Positions 48,511 to 57,654 of a DNA stretch of 64,000 bases are shown one piece after another. This DNA is from Parcubacteria group bacterium (GTDB taxonomy: Bacteria; Patescibacteriota; Minisyncoccia; Moranbacterales; UBA9337). The notes under the pieces were generated by a model, which made no database searches, was not told where the DNA came from, and was given only the letters and a program-made list of their open reading frames with translations. Location: NCBI GenBank assembly GCA_041662245.1, contig JBAZSW010000002.1:89017-153016 (forward strand), read 5' to 3'. The position numbers and the translations under genes are program-made. Position 1 is the first letter of the stretch; every line of letters starts with the position of its first letter.

Positions 48511-48543
48511 CCTGCCCGCAGTTGCTACAGTGTTGCAGGCGGG
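48511..48543 (+). repeat. 33-bp GC-rich hairpin insertion CCTGCCCGCAGTTGCTACAGTGTTGCAGGCGGG
   Basis: Partner of 41874-41906; flanked by TTTAA and AATT. Confidence 0.8.
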
Positions 48544-48574
48544 AATTCAAAATTTAAAATTCAAAATTATTGGG

Positions 48575-49537
48575 ATGTTGATAGATGATGTTACAATTAA
48601 AGTCAAAGCAGGCAAAGGCGGAGATGGAATGGTGGCTTTTGCTAAAACTCTGATGAATCAGGGACCAACCGGAGGAGATGGTGGAAGGGGCGGGAATATT
48701 ATTATTAGAGGAGTAAATGATTTGGGGGCATTGCGACCTTTTAAAACTAAAAAATTAGTAGCTGCTAAAAATGGTGGACAAGGCGAACAAAATATGAGAA
48801 CCGGAGCCAATGGAGCAGACGGAATAGTAGTTGTGCCGGTGGGAACATTGGTGCATGATTTGACTCATAAAAAAGATTATGAAATTAGTAAAATTGGAGA
48901 AGAAATTGTAATTTTAAAAGGGGGCAATGGCGGTTTTGGAAATTTTTATTTTCGTTCTAGCACTAACACCACTCCCGAGCAAGCCAACCCCGGTCAAATT
49001 GGAGAAGAGGCTCAGATAAGATTAGAATTAAAATTAATTGCCGACATTGGATTTGTGGGTTATCCCAATGTAGGGAAATCAAGTCTGCTTAACGAACTTA
49101 CTAATGCGTCAAGCAAAGTGGCTAATTATAAATTTACTACGTTAGAACCGCACTTGGGAGTTTATTATGAATTAATTTTAGCGGATATCCCAGGGATAAT
49201 TGAAGGAGCTTCGGAAGGGAAAGGTCTTGGACATAAGTTTCTCAAACACATCGAACGCACCAAAATATTATTTCATTTTATTTCAGCCGATAGTGAAAAT
49301 CCCTTGGAGGATTATAAAATAATCAGAGAAGAATTGGGAAAATTTAATAAAAAGCTTTTAAAAAAAGAAGAATGGGTGATCGTGAGTAAATCTGATGAAA
49401 AAAGTCCTGAGGAAGTTAAAAAAATTGTAAACAAGTTAAAGAAGAAAAACCCTCAAATAATTGCGTTATCTTTATTGGATGACAAAAGTATCGAGGGGGT
49501 AAGGAAGATTTTAAATGAAATAAAAAAGAATAAATAA
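48575..49537 (+). CDS. obgE: GTPase ObgE/CgtA (short form); start revised to ATG 48575
   Basis: MLIDDV.I.VKAGKGGDG, GGDGGRGG, LELKLIADIGFVGYPNVGKSS, YKFTTLEP, ADIPGIIEGASEGKGLG. Confidence 0.96.
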   Translation: MLIDDVTIKVKAGKGGDGMVAFAKTLMNQGPTGGDGGRGGNIIIRGVNDLGALRPFKTKKLVAAKNGGQGEQNMRTGANGADGIVVVPVGTLVHDLTHKKDYEISKIGEEIVILKGGNGGFGNFYFRSSTNTTPEQANPGQIGEEAQIRLELKLIADIGFVGYPNVGKSSLLNELTNASSKVANYKFTTLEPHLGVYYELILADIPGIIEGASEGKGLGHKFLKHIERTKILFHFISADSENPLEDYKIIREELGKFNKKLLKKEEWVIVSKSDEKSPEEVKKIVNKLKKKNPQIIALSLLDDKSIEGVRKILNEIKKNK

Positions 49538-49766
49538 TTTTGAATTTTAAATTTTGAATTTTAAATCAATTTTTAATGATTGAATGAAAAAATGGCGAAA
49601 TGTAGAGATGTGGCACTGCCACGTCTGTGCATAATTTAATAATTAAGATATTTTTAATTAATTTTAAATTTAAAATTTAGCCTTTAAAATTAAGCAATCG
49701 TAAAAATAACAGGTTGCAATTTATTGAAGTATATTAAAATAATTTTAAAATTTAAAACGTAAATCT

Positions 49767-51083
49767 ATGTTAGATATAAAATATATTAGAGAGAACAAGG
49801 AGGCTATTGCAGAAGCAATTAAAAATAAAAATATTAAATTGGATTTAGATAAGCTCTTGGAGTTGGATAGAGAAAGAGTGGAGCTATTACAAAAAGTAGA
49901 AAAATTGCAAGCCGAAAAAAACGATTTAAATAATGAAATGGCCAAGGCTCAAAATAAAGAAGCGACAATCGAAAAAGGGGCTGAAATTAAAAAAGAATTA
50001 GCCGAGCTAGAGCCTAGATTTAAAGAAGTAAAAGAGGCTTTTGAAAATTTAATGGTAAAAGTTCCCAATATTGTTTCCTCTGATACCCCTTTGGGAAAAG
50101 ATGAAAGTGATAATAAAGAAGTCCTTGTTTGGGGAGAAATTCCTAAATTTGATTTTCCGATTAAAAATCACATTGAGATAGGAAAAAATTTGGATATTTT
50201 AGATTTGGAAAAAGGAACAAAAACAGCGGGTTATCGAGGATATTATCTTAAAAATGAAGGAGCTTCTTTAGTTATGGCTTTAATGATGTATGCTATAAAT
50301 AAAATGATTGAAAAGGGTTACACGCCCATGATTCCTCCTACTTTAGTAAAAGGAAACGCACTTTTTGGAACAGGATATTTCAGTGGCAAAGAATATGATT
50401 CCAAGGAAGATAATATTTATCAGTTAGCATCTGCCGATGAAGAGGTAGATGGAAAAACCAAAAAAGAAAAAAAATTCTTAGTGGGAACAGCTGAGCCATC
50501 GCTATTGGCTTATTATGCTGGCGATGTTTTAAAAGAAGAAGATTTGCCGATAAAAGTAGCGGGTTACTCGCAATGCTATCGGAGTGAAATTGGCAGTTAT
50601 GGCAAGGACACTAAGGGGTTTTATCGTGTGCATGAATTTATGAAAGTAGAGCAAGTGGTTTTAATGAAAGCGGATGAGGAGGCTTCAGTAAGAATGCACG
50701 AAGATATGTTTGCTATTTCTAAAGAAATACATGAAGAATTGGGATTACCTTATCGGGTACTTCAAATTTGTACGGGTGATATGAGTGCAGGAAAATATCG
50801 AGCTTACGATATTGAAGCTTGGATGCCGGGACTTAATCGTTGGGGAGAAACGGGGAGTGCTTCTAATTTTACTGATTGGCAAGCTCGTCGACTTAATACT
50901 AAATACGTAGATAAAGAGGGAAACAAAAAATTTGTTTATATGCTCAATAATACTGTACTTCCAAGTGTGCGACCTTTTATCGCTATTTTAGAAAACTTTC
51001 AGCAAGCGGATGGTAGTGTGATTATTCCCGAAGTTTTGCGCAAATGGATGTCAGGAAATATCGAAAGAATTTTGAAAAAATAA
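49767..51083 (+). CDS. serS: Serine--tRNA ligase
   Basis: MLDIKYIREN, coiled-coil arm, GTAEP, CYRSEIGSYGKDTKG.YRVHEF.KVEQ, YDIEAWMP, SASNFTDWQARRL. Confidence 0.97.
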   Translation: MLDIKYIRENKEAIAEAIKNKNIKLDLDKLLELDRERVELLQKVEKLQAEKNDLNNEMAKAQNKEATIEKGAEIKKELAELEPRFKEVKEAFENLMVKVPNIVSSDTPLGKDESDNKEVLVWGEIPKFDFPIKNHIEIGKNLDILDLEKGTKTAGYRGYYLKNEGASLVMALMMYAINKMIEKGYTPMIPPTLVKGNALFGTGYFSGKEYDSKEDNIYQLASADEEVDGKTKKEKKFLVGTAEPSLLAYYAGDVLKEEDLPIKVAGYSQCYRSEIGSYGKDTKGFYRVHEFMKVEQVVLMKADEEASVRMHEDMFAISKEIHEELGLPYRVLQICTGDMSAGKYRAYDIEAWMPGLNRWGETGSASNFTDWQARRLNTKYVDKEGNKKFVYMLNNTVLPSVRPFIAILENFQQADGSVIIPEVLRKWMSGNIERILKK

Positions 51084-51086
51084 ATT

Positions 51087-51224
51087 GTAGAGGCGTGATT
51101 CATCGCGACTAAAGACAATATTGTAGAAACGCGACAAATTTCGTCGTTCACGAGCGATAGAATAAATCGGCATCTCTACATGATGTTTGATAAATATGTT
51201 GTAGAGACGCAATTTATTGCGTCT
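51087..51224. repeat. GTAG REP cluster upstream of the RAYT gene
   Basis: GTAGAGGCGTGATTCATCGCG, GTAGAAACGCG..., an inverted ...GCATCTCTAC, and GTAGAGACGCAATTTATTGCGTCT. Confidence 0.75.
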
Positions 51225-51233
51225 AAAATAAAA

Positions 51234-51899
51234 ATGACAGACAAGTTCAAAAATAAATATAAAATAGATTCTACTCGTTTAAAAAATTATGATTATTCTC
51301 AAAATGGAATGTATTTTGTTACCATTTGCACTAAAGATCATAAGCATTTTTTTGGTGAGGTGATTGATGGAAAAATGATTTTAAATGATGTCGGTAAAAT
51401 TGTAGATAAATTATGGCAAGAAATTCCTAGATATTTCCCATTTGTAAAATTAGATATTTATCAGATTATGTCTAACCATATTCATGGGAATTTGGAAATA
51501 ATTCGAGACGATAATGTAGAGACGCGATTTATCGCGTCTAAAACTAACCATATTCATGGGAATTTGGAAATAATTCGAGACGATAATGTAGAGACGCGAT
51601 TTATCACGTCTCAAACAAACGGAGGTGTTGCTGGTGGAAGTAATCCGATGCTAAATCCAGATTCATTATCAAGTATTATTCGTTGGTATAAAGGTAGATG
51701 TTCATTTGAAATCAGAAAAAATATGAAGGGTGTAACTTTTGCTTGGCAACCTCGATTTTATGATCATATAATTCGCGATAATGAATCTTTGAATAAAATT
51801 CGTGAATATATAATTGAAAATCCTGAAGTGTGGGAAAAAGAAGGAGATAAGATAGAGAATAATTTTAATGTAGAGACACGATTTGTCGTGTCTAATTAA
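51234..51899 (+). mobile_element. REP-associated tyrosine (HUH/Y1) transposase, RAYT-like; probable start ATG 51234
   Basis: RLKNYDYSQNG.YFVTICT, M.NHIHG (HUH), LSSIIRWYKG, WQPRFYDHIIR, IREYI.ENP..W; flanked by GTAG REPs. Confidence 0.88.
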
Positions 51900-51922
51900 G
51901 ACGCGATGAATCGCGTCTCTAC
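51870..51922. repeat. Inverted REP doublet (REPIN-like) over the RAYT stop codon
   Basis: GTAGAGACACGATTTGTCGTGTCT-aatta-AGACGCGATGAATCGCGTCTCTAC. Confidence 0.8.
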
Positions 51923-51935
51923 GGGTGTAAAAAAT

Positions 51936-53165
51936 ATGCAAAAAGAAACAAAAAAAAATTTAAAATTTCCTAAAGACTTCATGTGGGGGGTAGCCACCGC
52001 TTCTTATCAAATTGAAGGTAATAATTCTAATTCGGATTGGTGGCAATGGGAAGAAAAAGGAGAAACAATTGATAAGTCAGGTTTAGCTTGTGATTATTGG
52101 AATAGATTTAAAAATGACCATGACTTTTTAGATGAATTGGGAGTAAATTCTTTTCGTCTGTCGCTAGAGTGGAGCAGGATTGAAAATAAAGAAGGAGAAT
52201 TTTCGCAAGAAACCATTTCGCATTATCGGGAAATTTTAGAAGATTTAAAAAAGAGAAATATCAAAACTACTGTAACTCTTTGGCACTGGACCAGTCCCAT
52301 TTGGTTTCAAAGAAATTATGGATTCCATAATAAAAAATCTGTCGAAATTTTTACCAGATATTGTCAAAAAGTAGTATCGGAATTGGGGGATTTGGTTGAC
52401 ATTTATGTCGTGGTTAATGAACCGATGGTGCCTTTGGGAATGGGATTTCTAGGAGGAGTTTTTCCTCCCGGTTTTAAAAATCCTTTTAAATTTTATCGAG
52501 CCTTAAATAATGTTGCTAGCGCTTATAAGAATATTTATAAAATAATCCATGAAAAATATCCGACAGCTCAGGTGGGAACTAGCTATCTCTATAATTGGTA
52601 TGAAAGATCTGATTCTAAGATGGTGAATGTTATAAATAAGATAAGTCAATGGTATCGGATAGATTTATTGGGTAATAAAATTAAGGATTATCAAGATTAC
52701 TTAGGAATTGATTATTATCGAATTGGAAAAATAAAATTTAATTGGAGAAAAATAAAATTAGACACTAAAAATCAAATTTATTTTGGTTTTACCATTGAGG
52801 AAAATAAAGAAAATTTGATGAAATGGATTGCTTATCCGGAAGGAATTTATAAAGTTTTAAAAGAGGCTCAAAAAAAATATAATCTTCCAATTTATATTTT
52901 AGAAAATGGTTTGCCGACAACTGAAGGAACAGAAGATGTCGAAAGAGTAAAATTTATTCAAGATCATTTGTTTTATGTGAAAAAAGCCATGGCTGAAGGG
53001 GTGGACGTGAGGGGATATTATCATTGGTCACTTTTAGACAATTATGAATGGCTTTATGGTTATGCGCCACGTTTTGGTTTGATTGAAATGAATTATGAAA
53101 CTTTAGAAAGAACGCCACGCAAGAGTTTTTATGCGTATAAAAAAATAATTGAAAAGACGCGATAA
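51936..53165 (+). CDS. Glycoside hydrolase family 1 (beta-glycosidase); start revised to ATG 51936
   Basis: FPKDFMWGVATASYQIEG, FRLSLEWSRI, TLWHWT.P, NEP acid/base motif, ILENG nucleophile motif, GYYHWSLLDNYEW..GY.PRFGL. Confidence 0.93.
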   Translation: MQKETKKNLKFPKDFMWGVATASYQIEGNNSNSDWWQWEEKGETIDKSGLACDYWNRFKNDHDFLDELGVNSFRLSLEWSRIENKEGEFSQETISHYREILEDLKKRNIKTTVTLWHWTSPIWFQRNYGFHNKKSVEIFTRYCQKVVSELGDLVDIYVVVNEPMVPLGMGFLGGVFPPGFKNPFKFYRALNNVASAYKNIYKIIHEKYPTAQVGTSYLYNWYERSDSKMVNVINKISQWYRIDLLGNKIKDYQDYLGIDYYRIGKIKFNWRKIKLDTKNQIYFGFTIEENKENLMKWIAYPEGIYKVLKEAQKKYNLPIYILENGLPTTEGTEDVERVKFIQDHLFYVKKAMAEGVDVRGYYHWSLLDNYEWLYGYAPRFGLIEMNYETLERTPRKSFYAYKKIIEKTR

Positions 53166-53198
53166 ATCGGCGTCTCTACAATGTATTTGATAGGAATC

Positions 53199-53396
53199 TA
53201 GAATGTAGAGACGTGATTTATCACGTCTAAATAGAATATAGAAACATGATCTATCACGTCTAAATAGAATATAGAAACATGATCTATCACGTCTAAATAG
53301 AATATAGAAACATGATCTATCACGTCTAAATAGAATATAGAAACATGATTTATCACGTCTAAATAGAATTTAGAAACATGATTTATCACGTCTAAA
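53199..53396 (+). repeat. 6 x 33-bp tandem repeat derived from a REP
   Basis: Unit TAGAAT(G/A/T)TAGA(G/A)AC(G/A)TGAT(T/C)TATCACGTCTAAA, contiguous with no spacers. Confidence 0.9.
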
Positions 53397-53491
53397 AATT
53401 GTTAGCTTGTTTTTATGCTAAAATGTTAACGTGCCAATATGTTTTTGTGTTATAATGTATTCATTGAACATTGCTTATAAAAAAAACAAAA

Positions 53492-54808
53492 ATGGAAGAG
53501 GAGCCTTTGATAAAATTAAAAAATGTTCAGCTGACATACAATGAAGGTAAGCCCAACGCCTATAAAGCTTTGCATGATATTAATCTTCAGATAAAAGATA
53601 ATGCTTTTGTGATTATTTTCGGGCCCAGTGGATGCGGTAAATCCAGTTTGCTAAACACTATTTCCGGCCTAGAAGTTCCTGACAGTGGAGAAGTTTTTGT
53701 GGCGGGAAATGATTTGATTAATATTAGTAATAAAAATCACGTTAATTTTCATCGAAATATTATTGGAATGGTTTTTCAATCATATAATTTAATTCCTACC
53801 TTGAGTGTTTTGGATAATGTAGCTATCCCGCAAATATTTGTTTCTAATAATAAAAAGAAGAGAGAAGAAAAGGCGATGAAACTTTTGGATAGATTTGGGA
53901 TTATGCCTCAAGCGCATAAATTACCGTCAGAACTTTCTGGAGGGCAACAACAAAGGATAGGAATTGCCAGAGCGATTATTAATGATCAGCCGATAATATT
54001 GGCAGATGAACCTGTTGGAAACTTGGATTCCAAGTCAGCCAATAATGTAATGCAGATACTGAGCGAATTGAATAGGGAAGAGAAAAAAACGATAATCATG
54101 GTTTCCCATAATCCGGAGAACATAATTTGGGGCAATCATATTATCTACATGAAAGATGGAAAAATTGTCAAAGAAGATATCAAAAATGCTCTTGGCGAAA
54201 CAACTCAAGTTAAGAAGGAGGAAGATGATGAGTTTACCAAAATTGAAGCGATGCTCAGAAATTTCCAAGGATTGACCAAAGAACAAATCAAGATATTAAT
54301 TACTCCGATGAAATCAGAAATTTTGACTAGGTCAGTTTTGGTGGATATGGACGAGAAGCAGATGGGTATCTTGGAAGAAGGAATTAGAAGAAGGATTTTA
54401 GATACCATAACTCCCGAAGAATTTTTTGAGAGAATTGATAAATCAGATAAATTGGGTGGAGTAGATATGGATATCCGAACTGCTCATCGAGTGGCCAAAA
54501 AAGTAGAGGATGTAATTGCTTTGGCTCATATTGTAAATAATCCCGATAATGATGATCATGAATACAAGGCTAACTCTATAGTCAAATATTTATTAACTCA
54601 GGACAATGTGAAGATTGATCCTAATCAAATAAATAAATTAAAAGAATTGATTAAGCATAGGATAATGAATAGAATCGATAGAGGAGTTTTCAAACAATTA
54701 TTAGATTCGCCTATCCAAAATAACGGAGCTGGTTTTAACAGCCGAACAGCTAAAAAAGTATCAAAAACTATGGATATGATTTTAATGGTAGGCTATGGTA
54801 TGGCTTAA
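53492..54808 (+). CDS. ABC transporter ATP-binding protein (LolD/MacB type) with ~200-aa C-terminal extension
   Basis: GPSGCGKS, VFQSYNL, LSGGQQQR, ILADEPVGNLD, VSHN. Probable start ATG 53492. Confidence 0.9.
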   Translation: MEEEPLIKLKNVQLTYNEGKPNAYKALHDINLQIKDNAFVIIFGPSGCGKSSLLNTISGLEVPDSGEVFVAGNDLINISNKNHVNFHRNIIGMVFQSYNLIPTLSVLDNVAIPQIFVSNNKKKREEKAMKLLDRFGIMPQAHKLPSELSGGQQQRIGIARAIINDQPIILADEPVGNLDSKSANNVMQILSELNREEKKTIIMVSHNPENIIWGNHIIYMKDGKIVKEDIKNALGETTQVKKEEDDEFTKIEAMLRNFQGLTKEQIKILITPMKSEILTRSVLVDMDEKQMGILEEGIRRRILDTITPEEFFERIDKSDKLGGVDMDIRTAHRVAKKVEDVIALAHIVNNPDNDDHEYKANSIVKYLLTQDNVKIDPNQINKLKELIKHRIMNRIDRGVFKQLLDSPIQNNGAGFNSRTAKKVSKTMDMILMVGYGMA

Positions 54809-54889
54809 CCGCACTATAATATATAATTGGGAATTTGATAATTTAGAATGGAATAAGCTTGTGATATTAATCAAAAAATAATTTAAATT

Positions 54890-56095
54890 ATGTTGGTATT
54901 GGATACAATCAGAATATCATCTAGATCGTTTAAAAATAATCGATTGCGAACATTTTTAACGATAATGGGTATTAGTATAGGAATCGCTTCTATCTTTTTT
55001 TTGGTTTCTTTGGGATATGGTTTTCAGAAAGTTGTTTTGGAAAGGATTGCTACAAGCGACTCCTTGCTTTCCATCGATGTGTTTCCCAAAGCGAGTGGAG
55101 GTAAAGAAATAAATGTTATATCCGACAAAGACATCCCTGAAATAGAGAAGGTAGACGGAGTCTTAAAGATTGCTCCTATTATTACTCAAAAATTTAAAGT
55201 GCATAGTGGCGGGTTTATCACTGAGGCTAAGGTAAATATTGTTAGTGATGATTTTTTTAAGTTGGAGGGATTGGCTATTCAAAAAGGAAGTTCTCTTTCT
55301 GACGGGAGTAAGGATGAAATAATAGTAACTACCTCCGTCTTAGATTTATTGCATATCGATAGCAGTAATTTTAAAAATAAAGAAATAGTTATCGATATTT
55401 CAACTCTAACGGAGCAAGAAAGAGAATCTTCCACTAATGATGAAACTACTCAAAAGAAATATAAAATTGTGGGGATGATAAATGATAAATCAAAAGCCAA
55501 TGTTTATATTTCCAATGTTTCAGTGGCGGAATTGGGATTTAATTATTTTAACAGGATAAAGATAAGGGTTTCTGCTGAAAACAAAATAGGTTCCGTGCGA
55601 AATGAGATAAGCAGTAAGGGCTATATCGTTTCAGCTATTTCCGATACAGTTGATCAAACTCGAAAAATTTTTAATATAATTCAAATTGTTTTAATTTCTT
55701 TTGGAATGTTGGCTCTAGTAGTTAGCGCTATCGGAATGTTTAATACTATGACCATCTCTCTATTGGAAAGAACGCAAGAGATTGCTATAATGAAATCGTT
55801 AGGTGCCAGCGCGCGAGATATCTGGAGTATGTTTTTGACAGAGTCAATTTTAATTGGTTTTCTGGGCGGAACAATGGGAATTTTAATTGGATTTTCTGGA
55901 ACGGAAACAGCTAATTTTCTTCTAAATTTAATAGCTAAAAATTTTGGAGGAATAAGTGTGGACATATTTTATATTCCTTTATGGTTTGTGCTTTTTATAA
56001 TAATTTTTTCCACAGTTGTAGGATTGATAACCGGATTTTATCCAGCCAAAAGAGCAGCCGCTTTGGACACCTTGGAAGCGTTGAGATATAAATAG
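54890..56095 (+). CDS. MacB/FtsX-family ABC permease
   Basis: LRTFLT.MGISIGI, periplasmic-type domain, IGMFNTM.ISLLERTQEIAIMK.LGA, G.YPA.RAA.LD..EALRY. Confidence 0.92.
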   Translation: MLVLDTIRISSRSFKNNRLRTFLTIMGISIGIASIFFLVSLGYGFQKVVLERIATSDSLLSIDVFPKASGGKEINVISDKDIPEIEKVDGVLKIAPIITQKFKVHSGGFITEAKVNIVSDDFFKLEGLAIQKGSSLSDGSKDEIIVTTSVLDLLHIDSSNFKNKEIVIDISTLTEQERESSTNDETTQKKYKIVGMINDKSKANVYISNVSVAELGFNYFNRIKIRVSAENKIGSVRNEISSKGYIVSAISDTVDQTRKIFNIIQIVLISFGMLALVVSAIGMFNTMTISLLERTQEIAIMKSLGASARDIWSMFLTESILIGFLGGTMGILIGFSGTETANFLLNLIAKNFGGISVDIFYIPLWFVLFIIIFSTVVGLITGFYPAKRAAALDTLEALRYK

Positions 56096-56235
56096 TAAAA
56101 ATATCAAATGCCAAATTTCAAATTCCCAATAAATGTTTTAATGACTAGATTTTGAATTATTAAATATTATATCTCTAATTTTTGAGTCATTTGAGTTTTT
56201 ATTCGTAAATTAAATTTGTATTAATTTTAAAAATA

Positions 56236-56808
56236 ATGAAATTCAACAAAGAAACTTTTGAAATAATATTTTTTGCCAGAGCTGGTCAAGGCGCTAAAAG
56301 TATTGCCGAATCATTAGCACAGGCAGCGGTAAGTGAGGGAAAATTCGTTCAAGCTTTTTCTTTTTATGGACCGCAACGGAGTGGTGCTCCTACTAAAGCT
56401 TTTGTAAAAATTTCTGCAAGTCCTATTCGCAATCATGAACCCATTATTGATCCTGATGTAGTAGTGGTTTTAGATGATACGTTAGTGACCAGTGAAGATG
56501 TGGGTAAAAACATTACCGAAAATGAATCTGTGATAGTCAACACTAGAAAAACTGAGGAGGAAATTAGAAAGAGTATTAAAGATTTTAAAGGAAACATTAA
56601 AGCTGTGGACGCTAGTGGAATTTCTCTAGATGTAATCGGACAAATTCAGCCCAATGGAGTGATTTTGGGAAAATTAATCGCAATTACCGAAATTGTAAAA
56701 TTGGAAAGTGTCATCAACCAATTTCGAGAAATTTTTGAAAAAAAGATTGGAGCAGAATTGACCCAGAAAAATGTGTTGGCAATTGAGAAAGGATATGATT
56801 CTTTTTAG
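56236..56808 (+). CDS. porC: Pyruvate/2-oxoacid:ferredoxin oxidoreductase gamma subunit
   Basis: RAGQGA, VQAFSFYGPQRSGAP, I..PDVVVVLD; operon context. Confidence 0.88.
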   Translation: MKFNKETFEIIFFARAGQGAKSIAESLAQAAVSEGKFVQAFSFYGPQRSGAPTKAFVKISASPIRNHEPIIDPDVVVVLDDTLVTSEDVGKNITENESVIVNTRKTEEEIRKSIKDFKGNIKAVDASGISLDVIGQIQPNGVILGKLIAITEIVKLESVINQFREIFEKKIGAELTQKNVLAIEKGYDSF

Positions 56809-56852
56809 CTTGTAGTGTTTTAGTTTGTAGCTTTTTAGATATAAATCATTTT

Positions 56853-57218
56853 ATGAAAAATAATTTAAATTCATACAGAGATTTAATAGTATGGCAAAAA
56901 GCTATGGAGCTAGTGACAGAAATTTATAAATTAACTGACAAATTTCCAAAAGAAGAAATTTATGGAATTGTATCTCAAATGAGAAGATGTGCAATATCGA
57001 TACCTTCAAATATTGCAGAGGGAAGAAGACGGGATGGAAAAAAAGATTTTAGAAGGTTTTTAATTATCGCTTATGGATCGGGAGCAGAATTAGAAACCCA
57101 AATTGAAATTTAAAAAAGATTAAAATTTTCAAAAGAAATAGAATTTATTGAAGTTGAGAAAATATTGCTGGAAATTATGAAGATGTTAAACAAATTGGTA
57201 TCGATACTAAAAAGCTAA
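56853..57218 (+). pseudogene. Four-helix-bundle (23S rRNA IVP-like) gene with one in-frame stop at 57111-57113
   Basis: SYRDLIVWQKAMELV.EIY.LT..FPKEE.YG..SQMRR.A.SIPSNIAEG. The frame continues after TAA as KRLKFSKEIEFIEVEKILLEIMKMLNKLVSILKS*, the expected fourth helix. Confidence 0.85.
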
Positions 57219-57243
57219 TAACTAAAATCTAAAAAGCTAAAAT

Positions 57244-57504
57244 ATGGAAAAAGGAGCTATCATAAAACATAATATAAAAAATGCCTCTCCGACGGGAAGC
57301 TGGAGAAATTATGCCCCAAGGGTGGATAGTGATAAATGTATTGGATGCAATACCTGTGTTAAATATTGTCCAGATGCGTGTATTGTTTTAAAAAATAGAA
57401 AAGATACAAAGCCGACTAAGCTAGCTGAGATTGATTTAGAATTTTGTAAGGGCTGTGGAGTATGCGCACAAGTTTGTCCAGCAAAGGCAATTGAAATGAA
57501 ATAA
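57244..57504 (+). CDS. porD: 2-oxoacid:ferredoxin oxidoreductase delta subunit (2x[4Fe-4S])
   Basis: TGSWR..P, CIGCNTCVKYCP, CKGCGVCAQVCP. Confidence 0.92.
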   Translation: MEKGAIIKHNIKNASPTGSWRNYAPRVDSDKCIGCNTCVKYCPDACIVLKNRKDTKPTKLAEIDLEFCKGCGVCAQVCPAKAIEMK

Positions 57505-57615
57505 ATACCCAATGCTCAATAGACAATACTCATTTAATAATCAATAAATTAATATTCAATTGAATGTTGGATATTAAATATTGAATGAATATTGGATATT
57601 GTTTATTGAATATTA
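57505..57615. repeat. ORF-less CAATATT-type hairpin element (also 58835-58950 and 26732-26830)
   Basis: Arms match the flanks of the four-helix-bundle gene at 60425 and join at a TTCAATTGAA centre. Confidence 0.8.
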
Positions 57616-57654
57616 AGAAACAAAATAAGTGATTATCTATTAATATAATTTCAA

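Noticed and set aside
48530-48574. N-terminal extension of ObgE (similarly 39573-39635, 51180-51233, 51906-51935)
   Set aside because: These upstream starts fall in hairpin, REP or promoter DNA; family homology begins at the downstream ATG.
53199-53396. Possible CRISPR array
   Set aside because: The 33-bp units are contiguous with no unique spacers, derive from a REP, and no cas genes are present.
57111-57113. Stop-codon reassignment
   Set aside because: TAA, TAG and TGA all terminate normal genes in this window and long ORFs translate cleanly with code 11.
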